Source: Diplonema japonicum
Taxonomy: Eukaryota; Protista; Euglenozoa: Diplonemea
Direction of reading: 5' to 3'
Assembly: GCA_964019335.1 (NCBI GenBank)
Contig: OZ025660.1
Location: 496,001 to 560,000 of the forward strand
Length of the DNA: 64,000 nt
Positions within the stretch are counted from its first letter, which is position 1. Each line of letters starts with the position of its first letter. The notes under the pieces are model-generated. The model saw only the letters and a list, made by a program, of their open reading frames with translations, had not been told where the DNA came from and searched no databases. A program made the translations under genes and the position numbers. Below are positions 34,685-43,824 of this stretch, in pieces.

Positions 34685-36135
34685 CCTCCAGGAGCCTGGT
34701 TCCCTTTCCAGAGAATGGACATCAGAACAGATCTTGGTTTGCGAATGGAATGGTTGTACACACCGCACCCATCTTGCCCCTTTGCCTACCTCCCCACCCC
34801 TCCATTGGTCCTCGTGATGGGAATATGAATGGATCAGTTTCCTTCTGTCATTTATGTGTTAAAGGGGAATCAGGAGACTGTGTCTTCATAGAATGGACCA
34901 ATGTTCTTTAACTACGGTGTCATCATGCTTCGGTGTTGCTGCTGTCGGGCACAACACAGATCCTTGAGACAGCAAAGAAAAGCAACTGTGCTTTGGGTGT
35001 TGTTGCTGTTTTCTTTTCAGAAAGGGTTTGTGCAGAGCACCTATCCATCAAACACCTATCATCTGTGATGACAAGGTCAGAGACTCTAGTCTTTTGTGCT
35101 TTGATCATCATTCACAGCGTTGGTGTGTCCCCTTCGACACGGGTCATCACCTCAAAAGACGAAAAAGGCAAAGCAAAGAGAACAAAAAATGGTCTCACGC
35201 TGATAAAGCTCCCATTCCAAGCATGAGGTGCCCAACGGGTGGTATGTACAGCGTTGCGTTGCTGCTTTCTTTGTTCTCACATCCCTCTTCTCGCATTGCT
35301 TCACAACCATCACCCTATTAAGAGGGAACTGGCTCGCTTATAAGCTTGCTGAAAGCTTCCTTCCTTCCTTCCTTCCTTCCTTCTTTCCTTGCTCTCCCAT
35401 GTCTCTCTTCACTTCTCCTCTCGCATCAGGACTGGAGGATGGTATCTTTACTGTGAAAGGCCTTCCGTGGCACCCGTGCTGCTTCTTCTTGTGTCCTCAT
35501 CTCCCGCCCACTTTCACCCTGCAGCACAAACAGAGTGTGACTGCTGCAACGACAGCGGAGGGCGGTGGAAGAGCCAGGATGGAATAAAATTGTGTCGAAT
35601 GAAGAGCCTTGGCTACAAATGGAAAGAAGTCAGAAGTCCTTGTTTGTAAATCATGAATTGAAAGATCAGAAGCAAGACTGGCATGTCGTGAAAGGGTCGT
35701 TGTCATCATCTTGGTTTGTGCAAAAAAGAAAAAGGAAACCTTTTCCTCAAAAAGGCAAAAGAAAACCGCTGGAGTCTCACGCTGATAAAGCTCCCATTCC
35801 AAGCATGAGGTGCCCAACGGGTGGTATGTACAGCGTTGCGTTGTGTTGCGTTGCCTGTCCCTCCACTCCAAGGAGAAGGGTGTGCATCAGACGATGCCGT
35901 CTCACTGGTGTCTGCTCAGCACCAACAGAAGCCTGCCGGTTCATAAAATATAGGATCTAAGTGGTGAATCATCATCTGCTCATTCCTTGGAGGGTATCTA
36001 TTTATTTTATTTCCCCCTAATTCTCTCAGTTTATTTTTCAAAAAAAAACACAGTTCTATCGCAGACCAGCCAACCCTGAAGGGCCGACCGACTAGGATCG
36101 GAGGTGACAGAATGGGTGTGTTGAGTTCTCATCAC
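34685..36135. repeat. Segmental duplication, near-identical to 46623-48073
   Basis: Constant offset of 11938; identical ORF-track entries in both copies. Confidence 0.93.
35416..35480 (-). ncRNA. Single-hairpin box-AGA guide, predicted LSU target ACUGGC-UU-GUGGCA
   Basis: Pocket arms TGCCAC and CCAGT are complementary to the conserved peptidyl-transferase-region sequence GATAACTGGCTTGTGGCAG; basal stem GCACGGG/CCTGATGC; AGA box. Confidence 0.75.
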
Positions 36136-36192
36136 AGAGTTCCCATTCGTAGGAAAGTCCCCGCTTCTCCCAAAACAGAAAAAAAGGAGACA

Positions 36193-36279
36193 TCAGAACA
36201 GATCTTGGTTTGCGAATGGAATGGTTGTACACACTGTACCCAAAGGTGCTTCATACGCCAGGTAAAGTGGTGTCATCAT
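36193..36279 (-). ncRNA. Box C/D snoRNA CD-E; LSU guide
   Basis: TGATGA...AACCAAGATCTG-TT-CTGA; complementary to LSU GCAGATCTTGGT. Full copy also at 60250-60336; half copies at 34722, 41440, 46660 and 63320. Confidence 0.78.
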
Positions 36280-36681
36280 CTTGCCCACGACAGGACCTAC
36301 CCCACCCCAGCAAGCACAGAGTTGTGAATAAACAAGAATAACAAGAAAATACGGTATGTGGCAGGACGCCTCAAAAAAAAGAAAAGAGGAACACCCAAAG
36401 GTGGAATGCCTTTGCTAAAGAAGCAGGTCGAGTTAAAAGGTCTCTCTCTTTCATTTCTCCCATTTTTCTTTTGTCGTTTCATTTGTTTCTCATCTTAAGT
36501 TGTCACACCTACAGACATCATCTCCAGGTACAACGAACTTACTCAAATTGAAGAAGAAAGCAAAAACAACAACGAAAACGAAAAATAAATGGAGGAACAG
36601 AAAAAGAAAAACATCACTGCAACGGAGAAGTGAAAGGCCCACTGTTTTAAAAAATAAAAAAAGGGCGGGCACACAAATGAG

Positions 36682-36712
<31 letters not shown>

Positions 36713-37067
36713 AAAGCACAACCCCCTCAAAGAATGTGGAGTTATATCCACACCTGTTCTGCGGGGGTTCATGAAGTATAGCCCAGCTGTAGTAGGCTAG
36801 CTAGAATGTTGGGAAGAAAGTGTGGTGATCCTTCGGAGGGATGGGAACAGAGAGCAGTGGAGCTGCGGACCACTCTTTCTCATTGTGGTTCGTGGTGTCT
36901 TTCTTTCATTCTCTCCTTTTTTTTTCCCCCCTCTCTGTCCCCTCCTCATCCGGAGGATCGTTTGTTTTTTTTTCTTTTTTTTTTCTCTTTTTTTTCTTCT
37001 TTCTTTTTGTTCTCTCGTGGGAATTTTATTTTTATGCATTTTATCATAAAAACTACGGACTACTGTC

Positions 37068-37382
37068 TCACAGCTTCTTGGCAACCATGGATGTCACCTT
37101 CCCGTCGGAAACAGTGAAGGTCTGCCTCACCTTCAGGGTCACAAGGCCCAGGGCCACCTTTGCCTTCAGGGTGCGTGTGAAGGTGCCCTCAGGGGTCTCC
37201 ACCAGCTCCGTCTCCCCGTAGAAGTCAGGTGCATCATCGCTTGCCATCTGCTTCCTCAAAGCCCCCTTCCCCTTCACCTCCCACCGGGGGGTCTTGAAGT
37301 GCGCATCCTCCGCAACAAGGGCCAGCATCCCATCACGGTCCTTTGCCTTCATGCACTTTACGTACTGCTGCACAACGTCCAT
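37068..37382 (-). CDS. SnoaL/NTF2-like small protein (104 aa), copy 1
   Basis: MDVVQQYVKCMKAKDRDGMLALVAEDAHF...KGKGALR...FTVSDGKV: SnoaL-like pattern; intronless and GC-rich. Confidence 0.78.
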   Translation of the reverse strand: MDVVQQYVKCMKAKDRDGMLALVAEDAHFKTPRWEVKGKGALRKQMASDDAPDFYGETELVETPEGTFTRTLKAKVALGLVTLKVRQTFTVSDGKVTSMVAKKL

Positions 37383-37420
37383 TATTTTGTGTGTTTGGTG
37401 GTTTGTTTTTACCTGCTGTT

Positions 37421-37455
<35 letters not shown>

Positions 37456-38267
37456 AGAGAAACAAAAAAAGAAGAACAAAGAAGAAGAAAAAAAAAGGGA
37501 ACCAAGATAAGAAGAGGAAGACAAGAAGAAGAAGAAGAAAAACGATCGATATGTCGCCAAGAGCGCCAGCTCCACCTAAGTGGGCTGCCAAACGGAGTGT
37601 AATAAAAACATGCAGCAACTATCAAGAAAACAGCTTTCAAAGGAGAAACCACCACTGCGAGTGCCTGCAATGGATGCAGTGGTAGGGCTGCTGCTGCTGA
37701 CAAAAAAAAGAAAAGGAGAGAGAAAAAAAGAGCAAGGAAAAAAAAAAAAAAAAAGAAAATAAAAAAATGAAGGTTGCAAAAACGTAGCAAGCCTGCAAAA
37801 TTGAACAAAAAAGAAGGGGAAGGGAGGGATAACATGTTTGTATATTGGTGGGAGCAAGAATGATCTTTGTGCATGACACCAGGAGCTATGAAAACGTGTG
37901 AGCTGTTTCCTTCTATTCCTTTTTAAGGGGTGCGGTAAGAATAGGTACCGCCGGGTCAAGTAAGGTGCTCTATCTCTTTGTTGTTCGTTTCAACTTTCCG
38001 GCAACCGTGCTTGGCTGCTTTCCAAGTTAAAAAACAAACCTTATAAATCGTCGCGATGGCAAAGGGCTTGCTCGGCTGTTTTTCTAAAGTTTCAAACAAA
38101 CCTTCTTAAAAATCGTCGCGATTGCAAAGGGAACGAAAAGAGAAAGAACAAGAAGAAGAATAAGGGAATAAAAAAAAGGGGGGAAATGGCTTTATTAAAA
38201 AAAAGTCGTTGGTGGTGATTGTTTCATCCCTCGCCCTCTCGTGGCTGGCTGGTGTGGCTTTCCCTTC

Positions 38268-39728
38268 TCAGTTCATGAAAGGAGCCCAGTAGCCTCCATT
38301 ATTGTTGGGGCTCGCTTCAGGGTGGAAGTTGTTGGCCTGCGGGGGGACGTAGTTGGTGTCCACCAAGGTCTGGATGCGGTCCTTGATCTCCCTGACCTTA
38401 TCGGGGTACTGGCCCACAAGGTTCACCCTCTCATTGGGGTCGTCGATGAGGTTGAAGAGGTACTCGTCTGCGACGGAGTCGGGTGCTTCCCAGGTGTACG
38501 GGTTGATGGTCCAGTAGCCGTCGTAGTAGGTGGACTGGTTGAGGTTCGGGTTCACGATGAGCTTCCAGTCCCCGCTGATGAAGGCTGTGTAGTTCTTCCC
38601 GTTGTCGAAGATGTTGATGGGGACCTCCGTGCGCAGCAGCGGGCCTTCCTCCATAATCGCCCTCCACTGCGACACCCCGTCGGAGGTCTGCTCGGGGAGG
38701 GACGCTGCTTCCAACAGGGTGGGGAGCCAGTCCACAGCGTGGATGAGCCCCCTGAAGCCGGTGCCCCTCTTGGTCGAGGGGATCACCCTGTCCCCGCCCT
38801 GCAGGAACCCCACCGCCCGCACCCCGCCGTCGAAGAGCGTGAACTTCCCCGCACGCAGGGGCCAGTTCGACCCTGCAGACCCCACCTCCCCCGACGAGGT
38901 TCCCGTCATCGACACGTCCACCTCCCCCCCGTTGTCCGAGGTGAAGATCATGAGCGTGTTCTCCCAGAGCCCGAGGTCCCTGTAGAGGGCGACGAGCTCC
39001 CCGATCGCCCTGTCCACCTCGTACATCATGTTGCAGTAGACCTTCCTCTTTGCGGGCTGCACCCCGTCGCACTCTGTCGTCGGGGTAGGAGGGTTTTCCA
39101 GCGGGATGTGCATGTTCTGGTGCGAGAAGTACAGGAAGCTCGGGCTGTTCTTCTCCGCGATCTGGTGCAGGTATGTGTTCGCCTCCCTCATGAAGGCCGT
39201 CATCGAGTACTCCCCGACCGTGGCGTTCCTCTCCTTGTTCAGCCAGAAGTCGAACCCGCTCAACCTTCCCATCTCCACCGTGTGGTTGTAGTAGTCCCCC
39301 ATCGCCTGCATGTAGCCCAAGTATTGCTGGAAGCCACGCTCCGTCGGGGTCTGCGCCCATTTCGCGTAGCCGCAGTGCCACTTCCCGATCATGTAGGTGT
39401 CGTACCCGGACGACACAAGGTACTCCGGGAGCGTCTTGTCCGTTGCCGGGATCCCGGCCGAGCTCCCGGGCAGGACCGTTTCCAGGTGCTGCATCCCCGT
39501 GTGGAAGGGATACCTCCCCGTCATGAAGGCTGACCTCGTCGGGCTGCACACAGGTTGCATGTAGTACCTCTCAAGCTTGATTCCATTGTTGGCCAACTCG
39601 TTGATGTTGGGAGACGGCAGGTTGCCCCCTTGGTACCCCACGTCTGCCCACCCCAGGTCGTCCACCACCAGCATCAGGATGTGCGGTTGTGCACTCAAGG
39701 CTGCAGCGAAGCAGAGAACGGACAGCAT
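38268..39728 (-). CDS. Secreted arylsulfatase B-like sulfatase (family S1)
   Basis: Signal peptide, DDLGWAD, formylglycine motif CSPTR, GKWH, FTSDNGG, GSNWPLRAGK; intronless. Confidence 0.95.
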   Translation of the reverse strand: MLSVLCFAAALSAQPHILMLVVDDLGWADVGYQGGNLPSPNINELANNGIKLERYYMQPVCSPTRSAFMTGRYPFHTGMQHLETVLPGSSAGIPATDKTLPEYLVSSGYDTYMIGKWHCGYAKWAQTPTERGFQQYLGYMQAMGDYYNHTVEMGRLSGFDFWLNKERNATVGEYSMTAFMREANTYLHQIAEKNSPSFLYFSHQNMHIPLENPPTPTTECDGVQPAKRKVYCNMMYEVDRAIGELVALYRDLGLWENTLMIFTSDNGGEVDVSMTGTSSGEVGSAGSNWPLRAGKFTLFDGGVRAVGFLQGGDRVIPSTKRGTGFRGLIHAVDWLPTLLEAASLPEQTSDGVSQWRAIMEEGPLLRTEVPINIFDNGKNYTAFISGDWKLIVNPNLNQSTYYDGYWTINPYTWEAPDSVADEYLFNLIDDPNERVNLVGQYPDKVREIKDRIQTLVDTNYVPPQANNFHPEASPNNNGGYWAPFMN

Positions 39729-39739
39729 TGTGTGTGGTT

Positions 39740-39771
<32 letters not shown>

Positions 39772-40277
39772 CCACTTCCTAAACCTGTGTGACTGATTGG
39801 GGGCTATAACTTATTTTCAACAATATTAAAAAACAAGAATTGAAAGGAAAATATTTTTTTTATTTTTATTCCTCAACGAAACAGCGGGAGCCACCATTTG
39901 GTGAGCGTCAAATACGCAATATCACCAGCTGTCCATTGGGAAAATAAAAAAAAAGTTTTAAAGAAAAGGAACAACCGAGAGGGAATGGAGGGAGGGAAAA
40001 GTGTAACCAGACATGTGTCATGGTTACAAGGTATAATAATAGGGGAGGAGGGAGGGAAGCTCTCGGCCCACCACAGGTGGGCGAGGGGAATCATGTTAAC
40101 TAAATGCTTTTTTTTTTCTTCGGACAAAAAAGACACGATGCACAAGTCACAGAAGAAGAAGAATAAGAAGAGGAAGCCTAATAAGTTGGTATTGTTGCTG
40201 TCTTGTCCCAATTAAGAGAGTATGGCGTTGGTCCTCTTCTTGTTGTTGTTGTTGTTGTTGCTGTTCTTGTTGCTGCT

Positions 40278-41327
40278 TCAGCCAATCTTGTAACCCAGGT
40301 GGTTGCTGGTGAGGCACTGGGCGTACCACCTGCTCTGCTTGTAGCAAGAGGCCCCGCCGGAGCAGCAGGTGGGGGCGTGAAGGCAGCTTCCCCACTTCGG
40401 GATCGCCGTGCGGCAACCAGAGGAAGGAGGGGGAACAGGAACGGGGACAGGTGGAACAGGAACAGGAGGAGTGGGAGGGGTGGGGACAGGTGGTGTGTTC
40501 CCGTTCCCCGCTGCAGGGATGCACTGGGCATACCACTGGCTCTGCCTGTCGCACACCGCCCCTTGCGTGCAGCAGTGCATCGCGCTCGTGCAAGCCCCCC
40601 ACATGGGAATCGTCCTCGAGCACCCTGTGGTGGGGGGAACAGGGACAGGGGGAACGGGAACGGGGGGAACAGGAACAGGAGGGACAGGAACAGGAGGAGT
40701 GGGAGGGGTGGGAACAGGAGGAACAGGGTTCCCGCCGCCACCACCACCACCACCACCACCTCCACTGAAGTCCAAGTCAACAGCGTTGTAGAAGCTTGCG
40801 GCGGTGTCACCGACATCCCAGATGGCGAGGACAACGTGGTAGCCCGACTTGGAGGGGAGGGTGCAGGAGTGGGTCGTCACCATCGGGGGCTTCACCATCC
40901 CGCCCGCCGCGGAGCAGAAGGGAGCATCCTCGAAGCTGCCCCTCCCGAGGGGAGCGTTCTGGTTCCACCCATCCTTCGTGATGTAGTACCTCCAGTCCAG
41001 GGTCACGTGGTTCGCCGTGAACTGCCAGGTGAAGTCGGTCCTGCCCCCGCTCGCTGCCGTCTTCGCCCACCTGCTCGAAGACTGCTCGTTCAGAGGGGCC
41101 CAGGTCGCGCTCCCCGCCGCCGCCAGCTGCCCGTCCGGAGGACCGCTCGCTGGGTACCGGTCCGGTCCCTCCACACTCTGCGGCTCGTACTGCACCCCTC
41201 CGCACCCGCTGTTTGTCTTCAGCTTGCACGCGTAGTTCCGAGAAGGCGGGCTCATCACGTAGCCGTGTCCCTCAACCCGCACCACTGCTGCCGCTGCCAG
41301 CAGCATCGGAAGTCCCAGGCGCTTCAT
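40278..41327 (-). CDS. AA10 lytic polysaccharide monooxygenase (GbpA/CBP21-like) with Gly/Pro linker and two CBM1 modules, copy 1
   Basis: Signal peptide then His1 (HGYV); QYEPQSVEG, FTANHVT.DW.YYITK, WDVGDTAASFYN; two WGxC...C..QSxWYAQC modules. Confidence 0.93.
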   Translation of the reverse strand: MKRLGLPMLLAAAAVVRVEGHGYVMSPPSRNYACKLKTNSGCGGVQYEPQSVEGPDRYPASGPPDGQLAAAGSATWAPLNEQSSSRWAKTAASGGRTDFTWQFTANHVTLDWRYYITKDGWNQNAPLGRGSFEDAPFCSAAGGMVKPPMVTTHSCTLPSKSGYHVVLAIWDVGDTAASFYNAVDLDFSGGGGGGGGGGGNPVPPVPTPPTPPVPVPPVPVPPVPVPPVPVPPTTGCSRTIPMWGACTSAMHCCTQGAVCDRQSQWYAQCIPAAGNGNTPPVPTPPTPPVPVPPVPVPVPPPSSGCRTAIPKWGSCLHAPTCCSGGASCYKQSRWYAQCLTSNHLGYKIG

Positions 41328-41429
41328 TTCTCTTCTTCTTTTTTTTTTTTTTTTTTTTTTTTTTTGTTGTGTGGAAACTGTGGAGTGAAAATAGAGACAG
41401 AGTAGCGAGCCCCCTCTTCCAACAAGAGG

Positions 41430-42930
41430 ATGAATGGATCAAAGGTGCTTCATACACCAGGTAAAGTGGTGTCATCATCTTGCCCCTTTGCCTACCCCAT
41501 TGGCCCTCGTGATGGGAATATGAATGGATCAGTTTCCTTCTGTCATTTATGTGTTAAAGGGGAATCAGGAGACTGTGTCTTCATAGAATGGACCAATGTT
41601 CTTTAACTACGGTGTCATCATCTTGCTCTGCACTCCCGCTTGCATCTCCTCTCGCATCAGGACTGGAGGATGGTATCTTTACTGCGAAAGGCCTTCCGTG
41701 GCACCCGTGCTGCCTCTCGAGCTTCCTTTTCTTGTGTTGGTGTATTCTTGAACCAATATTATTCCGTATCCCTTACAGCAAAGGGCAAGGAGGGTTGCAG
41801 GTACGTCCTTGTTGGTGTAGGGTGCTTTCACCTCATTCGCTCTTCTCTTCATCTTTATTTCCCCATCTCCTGCCCGCTCAGACTCTAGTCTTTGGTGTTT
41901 TGATCATCATTCACAGCGTTGGTGTGTCCCCTCTTCGGGAATTCGGGAGAAAAGGTTCCTCATCTCCCGCCCACTTTCACCCTGCAGCACAAACAGAGTG
42001 TGACTGCTGCAACGACAGCGGAGGGCGGTGGAAGAGCCAGGATGGAATAAAGTTGTGTCGAATGAAGAGCCTTGGCTACAAATGGAAAGAAGTCAGAAGT
42101 CCTTGTTTGTAAATCATGAATTGAAAGATCAGAAGCAAGACTGGCATGTCGTGAAAGGGTCGTTGTCATCATCTTGGTTTGTGCAAAAAAGAAAAAGGAA
42201 ACCTTTTCCTCAAAAAGGCAAAAGAAAACCGCTGGAGTCTCACGCTGATAAAGCTCCCATTCCAAGCATGAGGTGCCCAACGGGTGGTATGTACAGCGTT
42301 GCGTTGCCTGTCCCTCCACTCCAAGGAGAAGGGTCGGAGACATCAGAAGAGGTGTAGTTTGTTGATAATGTTCCATTTCACGCCCCCCCAGGGGGAGGTC
42401 ATCTAACCGCAATATCGTGTCTCATCATCTGTCTGCTGAAACCAAACAAATCAAAAAGAAACAAAAAGAAAAGCAGCGTTCTCACCAGCACATCGAACCA
42501 CATGCACCATGATGAGCTGCTGCGGTATTGCAATGCGGGTTTCCTACTGCAACGCTCCTTGGCACTCTCATCTCCCGCCCACTTTCACCCTGCAGCACAA
42601 ACAGAGTGTGACTGCTGCAACGACAGCGGAGGGCGGTGGAAGAGCCAGGATGGAATGAAATTGTGTCGAATGAAGAGCCTGGGCTACAAATGGGAAGAAG
42701 TCAGAAGTCCTTGTTTGTAAATCATGAATTGAAAGATCAGAAGCAAGACTGGCATGTCGTGAAAGGGTCGTTGTCATCATCTTTAAAGAAATTGTGTAGG
42801 AGTTTTTCTCTCTTTTATCTCAGTTTATTTTTCAAAAAAACACAGTTCTATCGCAGACCAGCCGACCCTGAAGGGCCGACCGACTAGGATCGGAGGTGAC
42901 AGAATGGGTGTGTTGAGTTCTCATCATGCA
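41430..42930 (-). ncRNA. snoRNA array 3
   Basis: C/D: 41529-41621, 42093-42172, 42343-42428, 42701-42780, 42820-42927. AGA hairpins: 41647-41711, 41743-41805, 41960-42029, 42235-42301, 42477-42541, 42568-42637. Confidence 0.83.
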
Positions 42931-43824
42931 AAACAGGTGGGTACCTCTCTTTGGTTTCTTCTTTTTTATGTGAAAGCGGGGATCAAATAAAATTAAATAC
43001 ATATCCGTCCGTAAGTGTAAACAGTAAGAAATAGATAGGGAAGGAGGGCAAGGCCAGAGAGGGGTTGCTTCGCATACAGAGCCGAAGCCTCCCCTCTTGC
43101 TGACCCTGATCTGCAAGCCTTCAGAGAAGAAGAACTGGCGTGGGGAAAGGAGGAGAAAAAGAAAAAAAGAATACGGGAGGAATATATGAGAGGAAGATGT
43201 GGGAAAAGAAACAACCTTTGTAATAAGATCTCCATTCTTGTTGCTCATGCCAAAGGCTCTGAGATTTGTTGAACAAAACAGTAGAACTAATATATTATTT
43301 TGAATCACAAAAAGCTCTCAAAGCCAGGACTCTATATCAATTTCTTTTCTTCTTTTTTAACTTTTTGAGAAAGTTTTTAAAACCCAGTTTAAGAAATTCT
43401 TCTTATCTTATCTTTCCACTGGGTTCACCCAAAAAAAAGAAAAGAAACAAGGTACGGGAGGAGGGAAGAAAAGTGTTCCTTTCGTTTCTTTGAGACAAAG
43501 GGGAAAAAAAAAGAGAGAAAAAGCTCTAGTTATCTTAAATATTATATTATAGGTGGGGTTGGGTGAGACACAGCTCACGCCTTGTTCTTGGTGAATGAAC
43601 AATAAAATAAACATATAAGTGGGGGAAAAGATTCACTAAAGAAAATTTTTTAAGTAACAAAAAAGAAACAAAAAGAATCTTACGAACATACCCATAAAAA
43701 GGGAACAGCGGTGGGGGTAAGAGTAAAGGATTCTTCTTCTTATTCTTTTCTTGGTTTTTTTGGTTTTGTTTTTTTGTGTGTATTTTTTTGTTCAATAAGG
43801 TCAGCACTACAACTACTGCTAAAG

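Larger units (their letters stand above)
34700..36290 (-). ncRNA. snoRNA array 2
   Basis: C/D: 34834-34926, 35017-35150, 35630-35709, 35887-35975, 36026-36135, 36193-36279. AGA hairpins: 35190-35256, 35286-35350, 35416-35480, 35497-35566, 35772-35838. Confidence 0.85.
35345..41620. repeat. Segmental duplication of array-SnoaL-(sulfatase)-LPMO-array; second copy at ~59405-63501 lacks ~37400-39772
   Basis: 35345-37400 matches 59405-61460, and 39773-41620 matches 61466-63501 with minor indels. Confidence 0.9.

Noticed and set aside
34834-34926. GAAACTGA end of this module as an SLA1-type SL RNA guide
   Set aside because: The match is short and overlaps the D box of a C/D-type module; there is no AGA hairpin.
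35497-35566. 5.8S rRNA 5' end as target of this AGA guide (ACTTTCA..CAGCGGA)
   Set aside because: It resembles the recalled fungal 5.8S start, but no uridine falls in the pocket; the target cannot be assigned without the organism's rRNA.
34923-36327. Repeated short ORFs such as ...SHADKAPIPSMRCPTGGMYSVA as a protein family
   Set aside because: They cross module junctions that differ between arrays; conservation follows RNA boxes and stems, not codons.
38241-41405. Long plus-strand and alternative-frame ORFs over the sulfatase and LPMO
   Set aside because: By-products of high GC3 codon usage; no recognisable motifs.
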